Part shown: piece after piece, positions 37,242 through 47,987 of the stretch
Layout: each line of letters opens with the position of its first letter
How positions within the stretch are numbered: the first letter of the stretch is position 1
From: a virus
Lineage: Duplodnaviria > Caudoviricetes
DNA: 64,000 nt
Virus record (IMG/VR): IMGVR_UViG_2904150443_000004
Span: 64,001 to 128,000 of that record
Direction: 5' to 3' (one strand)
Made by a program: the position numbers and the translations under genes
The notes under the pieces: model-generated
Databases searched by the model: none
Told to the model about the DNA's origin: nothing
What the model saw: the letters and a program-made list of their open reading frames with translations, nothing else

Positions 37242-37754
37242 ATGAGTAAACTTTATGAATTAGCAAGTAAGTATAGAAAACTTAATGAGTATGTAGAAGC
37301 AGCATGGGATAGTGAGGAACTGACTGAAGATGATCTTGAGATGTTTATTGAAACGCTGGATAGCATTCAAGATTCAATTGAAATCAAAGTAGAAAACACT
37401 GTAAAATTCCTGAAGAACATTGAGGGCGACATTAAGGCTTTTAAGGAAGAGGAACAGAGACTCAGTAAGCGCAGAAAATACCTCGAAAACAAATTCGACG
37501 GCCTTAAGGAATACATGCGAGGCACTCTTGAGAATTACGGTATTGAGAAAGTAAAAGCAGGGACATTTAACGTAGCTCTACAAAAGAATAATCCTTCTGT
37601 ATTCATTAAAGATGAAAAACTGATTCCTGATAAATATCGTCAACCTCAACCAGATAAGATTCTAAACAACGAAATTCTAATAGCTTTAAAGAATAAGGAA
37701 ATAGTTGAGGGAGCAGATTTCGCACCTGAGAAAAAACATTTGAGAATTCGTTAA
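37242..37754 (+). CDS. siphovirus Gp157 family protein
   Basis: KLYEL...K.EN...IEGDIKAFKEEEQRL...QKNNPSV...HLRIR. Confidence 0.85.
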   Translation: MSKLYELASKYRKLNEYVEAAWDSEELTEDDLEMFIETLDSIQDSIEIKVENTVKFLKNIEGDIKAFKEEEQRLSKRRKYLENKFDGLKEYMRGTLENYGIEKVKAGTFNVALQKNNPSVFIKDEKLIPDKYRQPQPDKILNNEILIALKNKEIVEGADFAPEKKHLRIR

Positions 37755-37786
37755 TAAATAAATTAATGTAAAATACATATTTAATA

Positions 37787-37851
37787 TTGATACATATCAA
37801 ACGAATGTGCTACACTTGATTCATATACATAGGACAGTGTTGCACATTCGT
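37787..37851 (+). promoter_or_regulatory. sigmaA-like promoter with 16-bp inverted repeat
   Basis: TTGATA-N18-TACACT; ACGAATGTGCtACACT / AGTGTtGCACATTCGT. Confidence 0.55.
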
Positions 37852-37910
37852 ACATAATGTCGAATATGGACTAATACTGCGATTACCTGAGAAATAATTC
37901 GGAGGAGAAA

Positions 37911-38123
37911 ATGAAATTATCTGTTACAGCTCAATTATATTATAATGCCTGTTATATGGATGGTGATGCTGTTTGTATTCAGCCTCGTTTCACTGAAAAG
38001 AGTAGGAAGAACGAGCATGCATTTACAGAAGAGATATTAAATGAACTTCTAGAAACAGGAGATATTAGGGTTACATACAAAGATTCGAAATACGCTAATA
38101 TTTGCGGAAGAAATAAAAAATAG
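37911..38123 (+). CDS. hypothetical protein
   Basis: GGAGG RBS. Confidence 0.6.
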   Translation: MKLSVTAQLYYNACYMDGDAVCIQPRFTEKSRKNEHAFTEEILNELLETGDIRVTYKDSKYANICGRNKK

Positions 38124-38127
38124 AGGT

Positions 38128-38337
38128 GTGCATATGATAGTTGAAACTAAACTAAGTGACGACTTTGAAGTTGATTTTATTCGAGAAACTAACAATAGAA
38201 ATAGTGAATGTATGGTTATTGGCACAGAAGCAAATCTAATTTACATACACATGACTGAAGAACGCTTCAAGAGTTTCATACAAACAGCAAATAATGCGCT
38301 AATTGAATATCAGAAGCAGCATACTAAGAGGATATAA
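38128..38337 (+). CDS. hypothetical protein
   Basis: ORF. Confidence 0.6.
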   Translation: MHMIVETKLSDDFEVDFIRETNNRNSECMVIGTEANLIYIHMTEERFKSFIQTANNALIEYQKQHTKRI

Positions 38338-38365
38338 AACTTAAATTTCATTAGGGGGTAATGAT

Positions 38366-38932
38366 ATGAATACTTCGTTAGAATACCGCCTTATGTGCAT
38401 GAAAGCTACAGAAATACAGGATTTATGGGAACCTCAAGTTGGAGACTATTTAGTATCTAAGGCAAGTTATTGCTACAATGGAATTTGTGAACCAGCGTCA
38501 CCTTGTAATGAATGCCTTGAAATGTCAAACGTATATGTCGTCTCTGGCAAATATGACTTTCATGAATCAATAGGGGGAACTCATTGGTATTATGGTGGTC
38601 ATTCATGTGGGCGAGGCCACGGCTCACTTATAAATTCAACAGGGTGCTATGTTATGAATAGATCTGGACATAACTCATCTCAGGAACTTGATTATGAGAT
38701 TTCAGCAGTTTCAGAGCATTTATGGCTGCCTAGACTAGATCAAATCCAAGAAATGTTATTTAAGGGTTCCAATTGTTATGAAAAGACAATGTACTTTGTG
38801 AGATGGATAGATACAAATAAATACTATATGAGTGACGAATCACCTGAAGAATTATGGTTAAAATATCTTATGGAAAAACAATACAATAAGAAGTGGAGAA
38901 ATGAAGGTAAGCACAAATTTTGGGAGGAGTGA
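38366..38932 (+). CDS. hypothetical phage protein
   Basis: EIQDLW...WLPRLDQIQEM...EELWLKYLM. Confidence 0.7.
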   Translation: MNTSLEYRLMCMKATEIQDLWEPQVGDYLVSKASYCYNGICEPASPCNECLEMSNVYVVSGKYDFHESIGGTHWYYGGHSCGRGHGSLINSTGCYVMNRSGHNSSQELDYEISAVSEHLWLPRLDQIQEMLFKGSNCYEKTMYFVRWIDTNKYYMSDESPEELWLKYLMEKQYNKKWRNEGKHKFWEE

Positions 38933-40962
38933 AATATAAAATCATGGATTCTTGCCATTCTAATGCAAATCCTTACGAAAAGGCTCAAATGTCAGACGGA
39001 TTATCATCAATAGAATTAGTACCAGACATTGAGCGAGATGCTTGGTTCTTTCGAGAGTTGGAAAGTAGAGGAGTTAGGCTCAACAAAGGCCAGATTGAAT
39101 TAGTTAGACATAAAAATGGCACAGCTCTGGTTAATGCAGTAGCAGGTGCAGGAAAGTCTTCATCTATTGTGTCTAGATTGTCTTATCTGGATCAAGTTCA
39201 TGGTATTGATATCTCAAAGGTACTACTCATAACCTTCACCAAGAAGGCAGCTGATGAGATGATTTCTAAGGCAGTCAACCTTGGAATGACGAGCAAGGAA
39301 AAATTAAAACAAGTGACTGCTGGAACATTCCACTCAGTATTTCTAAAGGTATTAAGAAATAATGGTGACAATAGAGATATCCTATCTAGTGATAAAAGTA
39401 AGCAAATCACTATAAAGATGATCATAAGAGCACTTGGTATTGATGATAAGCGCTATAGACCAGAAGACATTCTGGCACAAATATCACATTATAAAAATAA
39501 TATTATTGATATTGATGATTACTATCACAGCGATGAGTTTGATAGAGAGTTCTACAACATATGGTCAAGGTATGAAAGACACAAACAAGAAAAAATGTTG
39601 ATTGATTTTGATGATATGTTGTTGCTAACTTATCAATTACTGATTAACAATAATGAAATATTGAAATCAATAAGAGAAGATTATCAATATATAATGGTAG
39701 ACGAGTATCAGGACACTAATTACTTACAAAGTAAAATTATCGAATTGATTGCATCACCTCTAAGAAACATATTAGTGGTGGGGGACAGCGATCAGTCAAT
39801 ATTTTCATTCAATGGGGCAAAGATTGAAAATATCTTAAACTTTACTAATACATATCCAGAAACAATAATAATTACTTTAGATACAAATTATCGGTGTACT
39901 AATACTATCCTTGGCATGGCTAATCATGCAATCAAAAAGAATAAGCTTCGTATTGAAAAAGAATCAAAAGCAGTTAAACCTTCAAGTATATATCCATGCA
40001 TCGGTAAATATGTCTCTACAGAAGATGAAGCAGCTAATATTGTTAATCACATTACAAGTGAAGTTAGGCAAGGAGATAGGAAGTATTCGGACTTCGCAGT
40101 TCTCTATAGGACTAACGCTAATTCAAGATCTATTTTTGATGAATTACTTTTAAGGGAGATCCCTTTCACTTCATATGGGAGTGAAGACGTATTCTATATT
40201 AACTCTACAGTAAAGCCACTGTTAGGGTATTTACGAGTTATGGTTGATCCATATGATTTCAGTGCAATAGGCGATATTTTACCTACGCTCTATATTGCTA
40301 AAGATAAAGTAAAACAGATAGGTTCATTACAGCAAAGATATCCAATTGCTAATCCAATTGAGCATGTTACTGAACTTGTATCATCTTCATACCAGCAAAC
40401 AAAGATCCGAGATAAAATTGATCAGATGAAACGTATTACTTCTCATCGCCCAATAGTTGTACTGAAGACTTTACGAGAGGATTATGAGAAATATCTGATT
40501 GGGGAAGATGAATCTGAATCAACGACATTACATAGGGAAATTGTGAAAGAAATGCTTGATGAACTTGAGAATAGCTCAAAAAAATTCAGTACGGTGAAAG
40601 AGTACATACTATTTATTGATCGTGTAATTAAAAACGCAAAACTTCAAAAAGAACAAAAAAAGAAAAACAATGCTGATACAGTTAAGATTATGACAATACA
40701 TAAGAGTAAAGGATTAGAGTTTCCAGTAGTCTTTACTATTATGAATAATGAAGGTGTATTACCTCACAAGTCAGCTTTTGAGGTTTGTACAGATGTTATC
40801 AATAATGGGATTAATGAAGCTCTGGAAGAAGAAAACAGACTCTTCTATGTGGCTGTAACTCGTGCTGAAGATGAATTGTATTTAAGCTATGTTGATAGTC
40901 ACAGGGGTAGAGACATGCATCCTTCACGCTTCATTGAGGATTATATCGAGGCGGTGATTTAA
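38920..40962 (+). CDS. UvrD/PcrA-family SF1 helicase
   Basis: AGAGKS, TFTKKAA, DEYQD, GDSDQSI, TIHKSKGLEF, YVAVTRA. Confidence 0.93.
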   Translation: MGGVKYKIMDSCHSNANPYEKAQMSDGLSSIELVPDIERDAWFFRELESRGVRLNKGQIELVRHKNGTALVNAVAGAGKSSSIVSRLSYLDQVHGIDISKVLLITFTKKAADEMISKAVNLGMTSKEKLKQVTAGTFHSVFLKVLRNNGDNRDILSSDKSKQITIKMIIRALGIDDKRYRPEDILAQISHYKNNIIDIDDYYHSDEFDREFYNIWSRYERHKQEKMLIDFDDMLLLTYQLLINNNEILKSIREDYQYIMVDEYQDTNYLQSKIIELIASPLRNILVVGDSDQSIFSFNGAKIENILNFTNTYPETIIITLDTNYRCTNTILGMANHAIKKNKLRIEKESKAVKPSSIYPCIGKYVSTEDEAANIVNHITSEVRQGDRKYSDFAVLYRTNANSRSIFDELLLREIPFTSYGSEDVFYINSTVKPLLGYLRVMVDPYDFSAIGDILPTLYIAKDKVKQIGSLQQRYPIANPIEHVTELVSSSYQQTKIRDKIDQMKRITSHRPIVVLKTLREDYEKYLIGEDESESTTLHREIVKEMLDELENSSKKFSTVKEYILFIDRVIKNAKLQKEQKKKNNADTVKIMTIHKSKGLEFPVVFTIMNNEGVLPHKSAFEVCTDVINNGINEALEEENRLFYVAVTRAEDELYLSYVDSHRGRDMHPSRFIEDYIEAVI

Positions 40963-41562
40963 ATGGCCTCACCAAGACAGGTTAAATGTGCATGGTGTGA
41001 ACGCAAAGATTCAAAAGAACTTATGATACAGGAGTCTAACAGAAAGTATTATCATCACAATGAATGTTACTCAGCATATTTAAGTGAGAAAAATTTTAAA
41101 CAAAAAGAGCGTATCGAGTTAGATCACCTAACAGATACCATAGTACAAGTACATAAATTAAAATTTAGAGGAAGTATTCCTAGTTCATTTTATCCATACA
41201 TAAACGATCTTAGAAATGATTCTGTATTATTTGGGAAAATGCAGAAGAGATATAAAGAAGGAATATCATATGTATTATTGGCAAATACTTATCAATTTTG
41301 TGAAGAGAAAATTGCTTGGGCGAAAGCTAATAAACAATTTAAAAATACGCTGTCAGAATTAAAGTATTGTTTAGCCATTGTTAAAAATAACATAGAAAAC
41401 TCATTAAAAGAAAATATTAAGAAGAATATAGAACTAAACAAGTTTAAAAAGCTACAGGAAGAACACGAGAGTATTAACGCAGTCAAAGAACGCCTAAAAA
41501 ACTTAACGATAGAAGAGTCTGCTCCAAGTGAGGAAATTAATGTGGAAACGCTTTTTGATTAA
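40963..41562 (+). CDS. YorH-like zinc-finger protein (putative helicase loader)
   Basis: VKCAWC...YYHHNEC; directly upstream of the DnaB-like gene. Confidence 0.55.
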   Translation: MASPRQVKCAWCERKDSKELMIQESNRKYYHHNECYSAYLSEKNFKQKERIELDHLTDTIVQVHKLKFRGSIPSSFYPYINDLRNDSVLFGKMQKRYKEGISYVLLANTYQFCEEKIAWAKANKQFKNTLSELKYCLAIVKNNIENSLKENIKKNIELNKFKKLQEEHESINAVKERLKNLTIEESAPSEEINVETLFD

Positions 41563-41576
41563 GGAGATGAAAAGAA

Positions 41577-43145
41577 ATAGATACACTAATTACTTCTGAG
41601 ATTAAAGACCCTCATACTGAAGTTTTAGTTGTGGGAAGTCTATATAGGAATCCTGATTTGCTTTTGGATTTTGGAGAATTAATAATTCCTAAGTATGATT
41701 TTGCTTATGATACAACAAACTTTTTGTTCAATTCGCTTTATGAAATGTATCAATTTCAAATAAAGGGCGAGCTAACCGAATCTAAGATAAATATTTTCAT
41801 GCACCAAGACACTGAGAGGAAGAAGCAATATGAGAAGATAAAGGGTTATCAATACATAAGACGTATTATGGCAGCAGCCGATTTAGATGAATTCCAAACA
41901 TACTATAATAACTTAAAGAAATATTCACTACTTAGAGAATTGGAGCTAAAAGGATTTCCTGCTAAAAAGATATTCGAAAAAAATAATTTTAGTAAGGTTA
42001 CTCCAGAGAATATTTTGCATGGTATGGAAATGCAAATTATAAACATAGGTACAGTTATTGGTGGAGCACAAGATAGTGTAATTCTCGGAAGAAAGATGAC
42101 TGAAAGGGTGAAAGAATGGAAGAAGAAGCCTGATTTTGGTTTAGAGATTCCTTTTGAGTTGATTAATATGCTTTTAAGGGGACTAAGAAAAAAGAAACTC
42201 ACATTAACAGGAATGCACTCAGGATGTGGAAAATCGCGTCTTACATCCAAAGTTGCATGTTATCTTGGGATATTTAAAGGTGTGAATATACTTGTAGCTG
42301 CTAACGAGCAAGATGAAGATGAATGGGATGCAATGGTTATTAGTTGTATTGTTAACAATCCAGAATTTCATTATAAACCTAATAGTAATGAACTGAATGA
42401 AGTAGGTAAAATCATTAATGAAAAAGGGTATCAATATAAGGGCATTGATGAAACTAAAATCGTCACAGGTACTTTGACTGAAGAAGAGGACGAGATTGTG
42501 ATGGTGGCAGCAGAATACATAGAAGTGCACAGCAAGATTCATTTTTTAGAGTTGTCTAAATACGATGAAGTATCTCTCAAAAGACACTTTAAAAAGCATA
42601 AAATTAAGAAATGTGAGTTAATTATATATGATACCCTGAAAGCACCTGATCATGATTGGATGTCATTTGTTAAGACTGGTGACATGCTTAAGGAGCAAGC
42701 AAAAGAACTAGAAATCTCCTTCTGGGCAACTTTTCAGTTAACAGATGATAGTTTATTCAATGAAATATTGAACTCAACCGCGATTGCAAATGGTAAGCAT
42801 ATAAAACATATTGCTGATGGTTTGATGATGTTTAGACCGCTTTTTCCAGATGACTACGATAAATATGTAATTTACAATCCTAGTTCTAAGCCTTTTGTGG
42901 AGGAGAGAAGAAGGTTAGACCGAAGTCAGACATATTATATGGGAGTTATTGATAAAAATCGCGGCGGGAAAGATAAGGATCTAATTTGTTTTAGAGTTGA
43001 TAAGGGCAAGAATATCTGGATAGAGGAAGGTTATCTAATTTTATCTGATATCGAAAAAGACTTTATTAAAACAAAGAAAGAATATAATAAACTTAAAAAG
43101 GAACAACAGGTTCATGAATTGAAAGAAAAGCTAGGTAAGGCATAG
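41577..43145 (+). CDS. DnaB-like replicative helicase (YorI-like)
   Basis: Walker A HSGCGKS, YDTLK, TFQL, IDKNRGG; frame open back to ATA 41577 after AAGGAG. Confidence 0.85.
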   Translation: MDTLITSEIKDPHTEVLVVGSLYRNPDLLLDFGELIIPKYDFAYDTTNFLFNSLYEMYQFQIKGELTESKINIFMHQDTERKKQYEKIKGYQYIRRIMAAADLDEFQTYYNNLKKYSLLRELELKGFPAKKIFEKNNFSKVTPENILHGMEMQIINIGTVIGGAQDSVILGRKMTERVKEWKKKPDFGLEIPFELINMLLRGLRKKKLTLTGMHSGCGKSRLTSKVACYLGIFKGVNILVAANEQDEDEWDAMVISCIVNNPEFHYKPNSNELNEVGKIINEKGYQYKGIDETKIVTGTLTEEEDEIVMVAAEYIEVHSKIHFLELSKYDEVSLKRHFKKHKIKKCELIIYDTLKAPDHDWMSFVKTGDMLKEQAKELEISFWATFQLTDDSLFNEILNSTAIANGKHIKHIADGLMMFRPLFPDDYDKYVIYNPSSKPFVEERRRLDRSQTYYMGVIDKNRGGKDKDLICFRVDKGKNIWIEEGYLILSDIEKDFIKTKKEYNKLKKEQQVHELKEKLGKA

Positions 43146-43158
43146 GATGTGATTTAAA

Positions 43159-44187
43159 ATAAATGCTTCTGACCTGAAGGATAAAATAATTCAAGATGAT
43201 AAAGTTAAGGATATAGTCAACGCATTGGGCTGCTCTAATTTTAGAAAAGGAACTAGTTATTATACATGCTCCAATCCAGATGGAGATGCAAGAGCAGCCA
43301 TAAATATCAATATTGAAAATCTTAGTGTTATGAATCACACTCGAAATGATTTTCCAAAAGAACGTGCAGATATTATTACCTTAGTTGAATACATAAAAGA
43401 TTTCTACTTTACAAAAGCAATGAATTGGATCTGTGAGGTATGTGGGTACGATTATTATCATGGAGATTTTGAAAAAGAAAAAATTGATGATCCCTGTTTA
43501 TTAGCGCTCGATGTTATAGAGTCAAAAACACTAGACAAGGAAATTGAATTAAGAAAATTAGATGATAGGATATTATTTGAGTATGTGCAGTATCCTCACA
43601 TTCTTTTTTTGCAAGAGGGAATATCATTAGATGTACAAAAATTATTTGAGGTTGGTTACTCAGTTAGAGATAGTTGCATAACAATTCCTATCAGGGACGA
43701 GTTAGGAAGTTTGGTTGGTGTTAAAGGGCGAACCACACTTGATTATGAGAAGTTGAAAATGTCTAAATATTGGTTCCCTTACGCAACTCCCAAATCACAA
43801 ATACTCTATGGGCTAGATAAATCGTATCAGTTCATAAAGGATTCAGGCAAAGTATTAGTTTATGAAGCTGAAAAAAGTGTTCAAAAAAGCTTCTCTTACA
43901 ATATAAAAAATTGTGTCAGTATAGGTGGACATATACTTAGTGAAACACAGGTTATGAAGCTAGAGAAGTTAGGAGTAGATGTAATCCTCGCCTTCGACAA
44001 GAATGTGACTGCTGAAGAAATAAAGGATGAGGCAAGGAAATTTATTATTCCAGAAAAAGTTTATACGATTTTTGAGCAAAAGAATAAACTTCTCGACGAA
44101 AAGGATGCTCCAGTTGATAAGGGAAGAGATATATTTATCCAACTGCTTACAACAGAAACATATAGAGCACTAAAGCAAGGGGAATGA
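43159..44187 (+). CDS. DNA primase (YorJ-like)
   Basis: IPIRD..G.LVGVKGR, LYGL, YEAEKSV, TOPRIM AFDK, KDAPVD; probable ATA start at 43159. Confidence 0.85.
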   Translation: MNASDLKDKIIQDDKVKDIVNALGCSNFRKGTSYYTCSNPDGDARAAININIENLSVMNHTRNDFPKERADIITLVEYIKDFYFTKAMNWICEVCGYDYYHGDFEKEKIDDPCLLALDVIESKTLDKEIELRKLDDRILFEYVQYPHILFLQEGISLDVQKLFEVGYSVRDSCITIPIRDELGSLVGVKGRTTLDYEKLKMSKYWFPYATPKSQILYGLDKSYQFIKDSGKVLVYEAEKSVQKSFSYNIKNCVSIGGHILSETQVMKLEKLGVDVILAFDKNVTAEEIKDEARKFIIPEKVYTIFEQKNKLLDEKDAPVDKGRDIFIQLLTTETYRALKQGE

Positions 44188-44199
44188 AACTACTCTTTC

Positions 44200-44280
44200 A
44201 TAGCCAATGATCCAATAAGATAAAATATATAAATACATATAAAATATCTGTTGACTGATCATTGGCTATTCTGATACAGT
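44200..44280 (+). promoter_or_regulatory. sigmaA-like promoter with 13-bp inverted repeat
   Basis: TTGACT-N18-TACAGT; ATAGCCAATGATC (44200-12) / GATCATTGGCTAT (44257-69). Confidence 0.55.
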
Positions 44281-44310
44281 AAAGATGAAGGTAAAGGAAA
44301 AGAATAGGAG

Positions 44311-44613
44311 ATGATATTAAATATGAAAATTGACCAAAAGGCTATTGAGCAGTACCAAGAACTTTGTCATTTAAGTGCTATGAAATGCGAGACGTTGTTT
44401 GATATCGAGTATAAGATTGAACGAGCAATAGCACTAGGACAACTGATTGAAATGACTTCAGAAACAAAGATGTACCGCTATTACAATCTTAACTTTGTTG
44501 TAAAAAACAATAAGGTAGTGCGTATTTACCGAAGTAGATCTATCCCTGAAGTATTTATAAACGAAAAAATCAAATTTCAATATGATAGAATACATAGAAA
44601 GATCTTGGTTTGA
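44311..44613 (+). CDS. hypothetical protein
   Basis: ORF. Confidence 0.65.
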   Translation: MILNMKIDQKAIEQYQELCHLSAMKCETLFDIEYKIERAIALGQLIEMTSETKMYRYYNLNFVVKNNKVVRIYRSRSIPEVFINEKIKFQYDRIHRKILV

Positions 44614-44623
44614 GGCAATATAT

Positions 44624-45736
44624 ATGAGTAAGTATGAACTTAGTTTATCCAGAGATTACGTTCCTGATTGGACACTTGTTGATGCAATTCGTGAGTTGTT
44701 CCAAAACGCATTAGATCAACAAACTACAATGCCAGATAATGAAATGTTCTTTAGCTATAAAGAGGATGAAAAGAAATTATACATAGGTAATAAATCATCG
44801 GTATTAAGCGTGAAGTCACTACTCCTTGGGAAGTCAACTAAGAGAAATGAGCCAAATACAATCGGGAAGTTCGGTGAGGGGTATAAAGTAGCTACTCTAG
44901 TCCTTACACGATTGAATAAATGCGTAACATTCTTCAATTATGGGGCGAGAGAAGTGTGGAGGCCGAGATTTGTTAATTCTCGTAGATATGGATGTGAAAT
45001 ACTAACCTTCTTCATAGACAAGAAATACATCTGGCAGAGGGTTCCTGATATGAACTTGACAATAGAAATTGATAACATTTCACCTGAAGAATATTCGGAT
45101 ATCGTAGCGTCAAATCTACACTGTCAAGACGTTGGTAAAGTAACACATAGTGAATGTGGTCGCATCCTTCATGAGAGTAGATACAAAGGCAAGGTATTTG
45201 TAAACGGATTGTTTGTTTGTGATTACATTAAATATGAAGAAGGATATGATTTTAGACCTCAATATTTAAGACTTGATAGAGATAGAAAACTTGCTGATAA
45301 TTTCGAGCTTGAGTGGTTGTCATCAAGAATGTGGAGAGGAGCGCAAGCGGAAAAAGCTGTTGAATTAATTAAAAGAGGCTGTGCTGATGTCGCTTATTTT
45401 TCAAGTGTTAGTTTTTATAGTCCATCTTCTACGGTAATTGACGATATTGTATTTGAGGATTTCAAAAAGGAACATGGTGAAAATGCTATTCCAGTTACGA
45501 CACAGGATGAATATGTTGAGATAAACTCTTCTCCTGAGTATAGGCCAGTGATAGTGTCACAATCCTACTGTAATGTTATTAAATCAAGTAGTAAGTATGA
45601 GCCACCTGTATTAAGAAAGATTGATATTGAGACTTCAAAAGCGAAAATTGAGAAGTGGTTAGAAAAACATAAGCAGTCACTGTCTAAAAAAGCAATTCTT
45701 GAGTTACAAAATATTATTGAAGAAGTTAGTTGTTAA
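44624..45736 (+). CDS. GHKL-type ATPase domain protein
   Basis: AIRELFQNALD, GKSTK, GKFGEGYK. Confidence 0.8.
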   Translation: MSKYELSLSRDYVPDWTLVDAIRELFQNALDQQTTMPDNEMFFSYKEDEKKLYIGNKSSVLSVKSLLLGKSTKRNEPNTIGKFGEGYKVATLVLTRLNKCVTFFNYGAREVWRPRFVNSRRYGCEILTFFIDKKYIWQRVPDMNLTIEIDNISPEEYSDIVASNLHCQDVGKVTHSECGRILHESRYKGKVFVNGLFVCDYIKYEEGYDFRPQYLRLDRDRKLADNFELEWLSSRMWRGAQAEKAVELIKRGCADVAYFSSVSFYSPSSTVIDDIVFEDFKKEHGENAIPVTTQDEYVEINSSPEYRPVIVSQSYCNVIKSSSKYEPPVLRKIDIETSKAKIEKWLEKHKQSLSKKAILELQNIIEEVSC

Positions 45737-45751
45737 GATTGGAGACGGTAT

Positions 45752-45991
45752 ATGAATAGTTTAAAACGGATGCTTCAGTTGTATCTTCAACTAGAAGAGA
45801 TTGAAAACGAAATTGCGGAATGTGAATCAAATCTCCTTGGATCAGAAATTAAGTATGGGGAATATGGGCTCTGCACGATTATTTTTATTGATGGGAATTA
45901 TGCAACTTTAGCCTGTGAATCAGATGATGACGATGATGATGATGATGATCGTCATGAAATTGAGGTTTCATTAGAGGAACTAGTTAAATAA
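45752..45991 (+). CDS. acidic hypothetical protein with poly-Asp
   Basis: (GAT)n tract. Confidence 0.6.
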   Translation: MNSLKRMLQLYLQLEEIENEIAECESNLLGSEIKYGEYGLCTIIFIDGNYATLACESDDDDDDDDDRHEIEVSLEELVK

Positions 45992-46015
45992 AATTATCAA
46001 AGGACTGATGCAAAA

Positions 46016-46291
46016 ATGTTTAATTTACGTAACAGTGATGATATCAGATTAATAAAAAGTATTACAGGGGAGGCATATTATCTTCGCAAGTCACCGTATG
46101 GATTTTTTGAACAATACACTTTCTATGATGAGAACGGCAATGAAATAGAAACTTTCGCTCCATATAATTCTGATGGTGAAATAATCGGTTTTTATGTTTA
46201 TGATTTAGGAGAAAAGGTTTTATTTGAAGGTGTAATAATAAATGCAGAATTTTCAGAGACTGAGTTCTATGATTCCGAACACTATAATTAG
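46016..46291 (+). CDS. hypothetical protein
   Basis: ORF. Confidence 0.6.
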   Translation: MFNLRNSDDIRLIKSITGEAYYLRKSPYGFFEQYTFYDENGNEIETFAPYNSDGEIIGFYVYDLGEKVLFEGVIINAEFSETEFYDSEHYN

Positions 46292-46418
46292 TCGAGTAGG
46301 TGCAGAGGCATTACAACGATAGAAAAGGAGGCTCTACGAGGAAGGTTATGTTGTTTAAATCAACACAAGACATCATTGATTATTACAAAAGTCAAAACAA
46401 TAACAAGGAGGAAACAAA

Positions 46419-46607
46419 GTGTTCAAAGTAATCTATCTTGATCTGAAGACTGACTTCATTAGGGAAAAGAGCTTTGACATGGAAGATGAAGCAAAAGAAT
46501 ATTTCTTTAATCATAAAACAGGTTCAGGCTATATGAGTTTGAGCCTAACAAGTCCTGAAGACATACTGCTTTATGATAAGTGGGATGCTTGGTTGTTTCA
46601 TCAATAA
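46419..46607 (+). CDS. hypothetical protein
   Basis: AAGGAGG RBS. Confidence 0.6.
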   Translation: MFKVIYLDLKTDFIREKSFDMEDEAKEYFFNHKTGSGYMSLSLTSPEDILLYDKWDAWLFHQ

Positions 46608-46627
46608 ACTTTAAAGTGAGGGTATAT

Positions 46628-46801
46628 ATGAAAGATAAGAAAACAAAATCATTTCTATCAGCATTAGATTTATTATCTAAGAAGTATGGAATATACATAG
46701 ATCTTCATTCGTGCGAGGAAATTGTGTTGGTTGATGAGATTGGAAATGTTTTAGGTGAAGATTTTCATTATGACAACGCACTTGGATATAAGTGTTACTG
46801 A
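46628..46801 (+). CDS. hypothetical protein
   Basis: GAGGG RBS. Confidence 0.55.
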   Translation: MKDKKTKSFLSALDLLSKKYGIYIDLHSCEEIVLVDEIGNVLGEDFHYDNALGYKCY

Positions 46802-46846
46802 GATTTAAGGGAGCATGAAACACGAATTTCATGAGGAGATGATTGA

Positions 46847-47098
46847 GTGTATCAGGTAACTGTAAACTTAGAGCAACGCGTAACCATCGATAAAAATCAA
46901 ATTGCTGAAATATTAGTTCGTGAACAATCGAATCTGTTAGGTGGCTCAAATCGTTGGATTCAGCAAGGAGAAGTATGGGAGAAGTATAGTTATCATAGAG
47001 ACTATGAGATGAAGGAGAAAGTAAGAGATGCTTCAGATGAAGAAGTTGTAGCTTATGATGCATTAAATACTGTTATTGATTATTTTAAGAAACTTTAA
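46847..47098 (+). CDS. hypothetical protein
   Basis: GAGGAG RBS. Confidence 0.65.
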   Translation: MYQVTVNLEQRVTIDKNQIAEILVREQSNLLGGSNRWIQQGEVWEKYSYHRDYEMKEKVRDASDEEVVAYDALNTVIDYFKKL

Positions 47099-47124
47099 AT
47101 TGTAAATAACAAGGGCTGATATAA

Positions 47125-47487
47125 ATGAAAAATAAAGATATTATAGTAAAAATTAAATTCGATACTCATACCATGCTATTCGGTAATTCACACAAGCCAT
47201 GGAAAATGCAATTTGAAGAATACCTCATAGATCTATACCGTAATGGCATGTATCCAAATAACATTGAAGAAGTATTGGTCTCTGATGAACCTTGGGTCAA
47301 ATGGGGCGGTTTGAAATGGTGTACTGAGACGCGTTTTCAAAATCAGTTGAATCGTGAAGGGTGCCAAGGTAATGATCCAGACAATCCAAATCCAAGACAG
47401 TATTCCGATATGGAGTTCTATAAGAGTGGGGTTGTGACTAAGAAAGTGATATCAATTTTCGCGAATGTACGTAAGGGGATTTATTAA
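47125..47487 (+). CDS. hypothetical protein
   Basis: ORF. Confidence 0.65.
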   Translation: MKNKDIIVKIKFDTHTMLFGNSHKPWKMQFEEYLIDLYRNGMYPNNIEEVLVSDEPWVKWGGLKWCTETRFQNQLNREGCQGNDPDNPNPRQYSDMEFYKSGVVTKKVISIFANVRKGIY

Positions 47488-47729
47488 TACTAGAGCAAGA
47501 GGGGGGAATATTGAGTGATAGACATCAAAAAGTGTATAGGGTGTTCAGAGTTTGCTCATATGGACGACATGTGCCAATGTGAAAAGACGGGATTTTGGAT
47601 ATGTTCCAATTGTGATCATCTACTTAAAGTTACAGTGAATACTGAAGGTGAGCATGTGTATATATTGAAAGATTAGTATTACGAATTCATCTTAGAGAAA
47701 TGAAGTCCCTATAAAGTAGTGATTTCATT

Positions 47730-47987
47730 TTGAATAAAGATAAATATACATATGAGGATGATTGGAAAATGAATCTCGATAACTTAATTATTTCAACTAG
47801 TCCATTAACTGGACAGATATATGCTGGATACAGCAAAGATAACGGAAAATCATTCAGTCACAAGGTTGACGTAACTCAACAAGTTATTAGTGCGATGTGT
47901 GCGCACATGTACATCACTGGAATTGAGTACGAGTGTCAGGCTGGTGAATTGATCTTCAAGCCAAAGGAGAGCGAACAGAATGAGTAG
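47730..47987 (+). CDS. hypothetical phage protein
   Basis: SPLTGQIYAG...KVDVT. Confidence 0.6.
   Translation: MNKDKYTYEDDWKMNLDNLIISTSPLTGQIYAGYSKDNGKSFSHKVDVTQQVISAMCAHMYITGIEYECQAGELIFKPKESEQNE

Noticed and set aside
45922-45949. (GAT)n microsatellite as a phase-variation element
   Set aside because: An in-frame triplet repeat encoding poly-Asp; length changes would not shift the frame.
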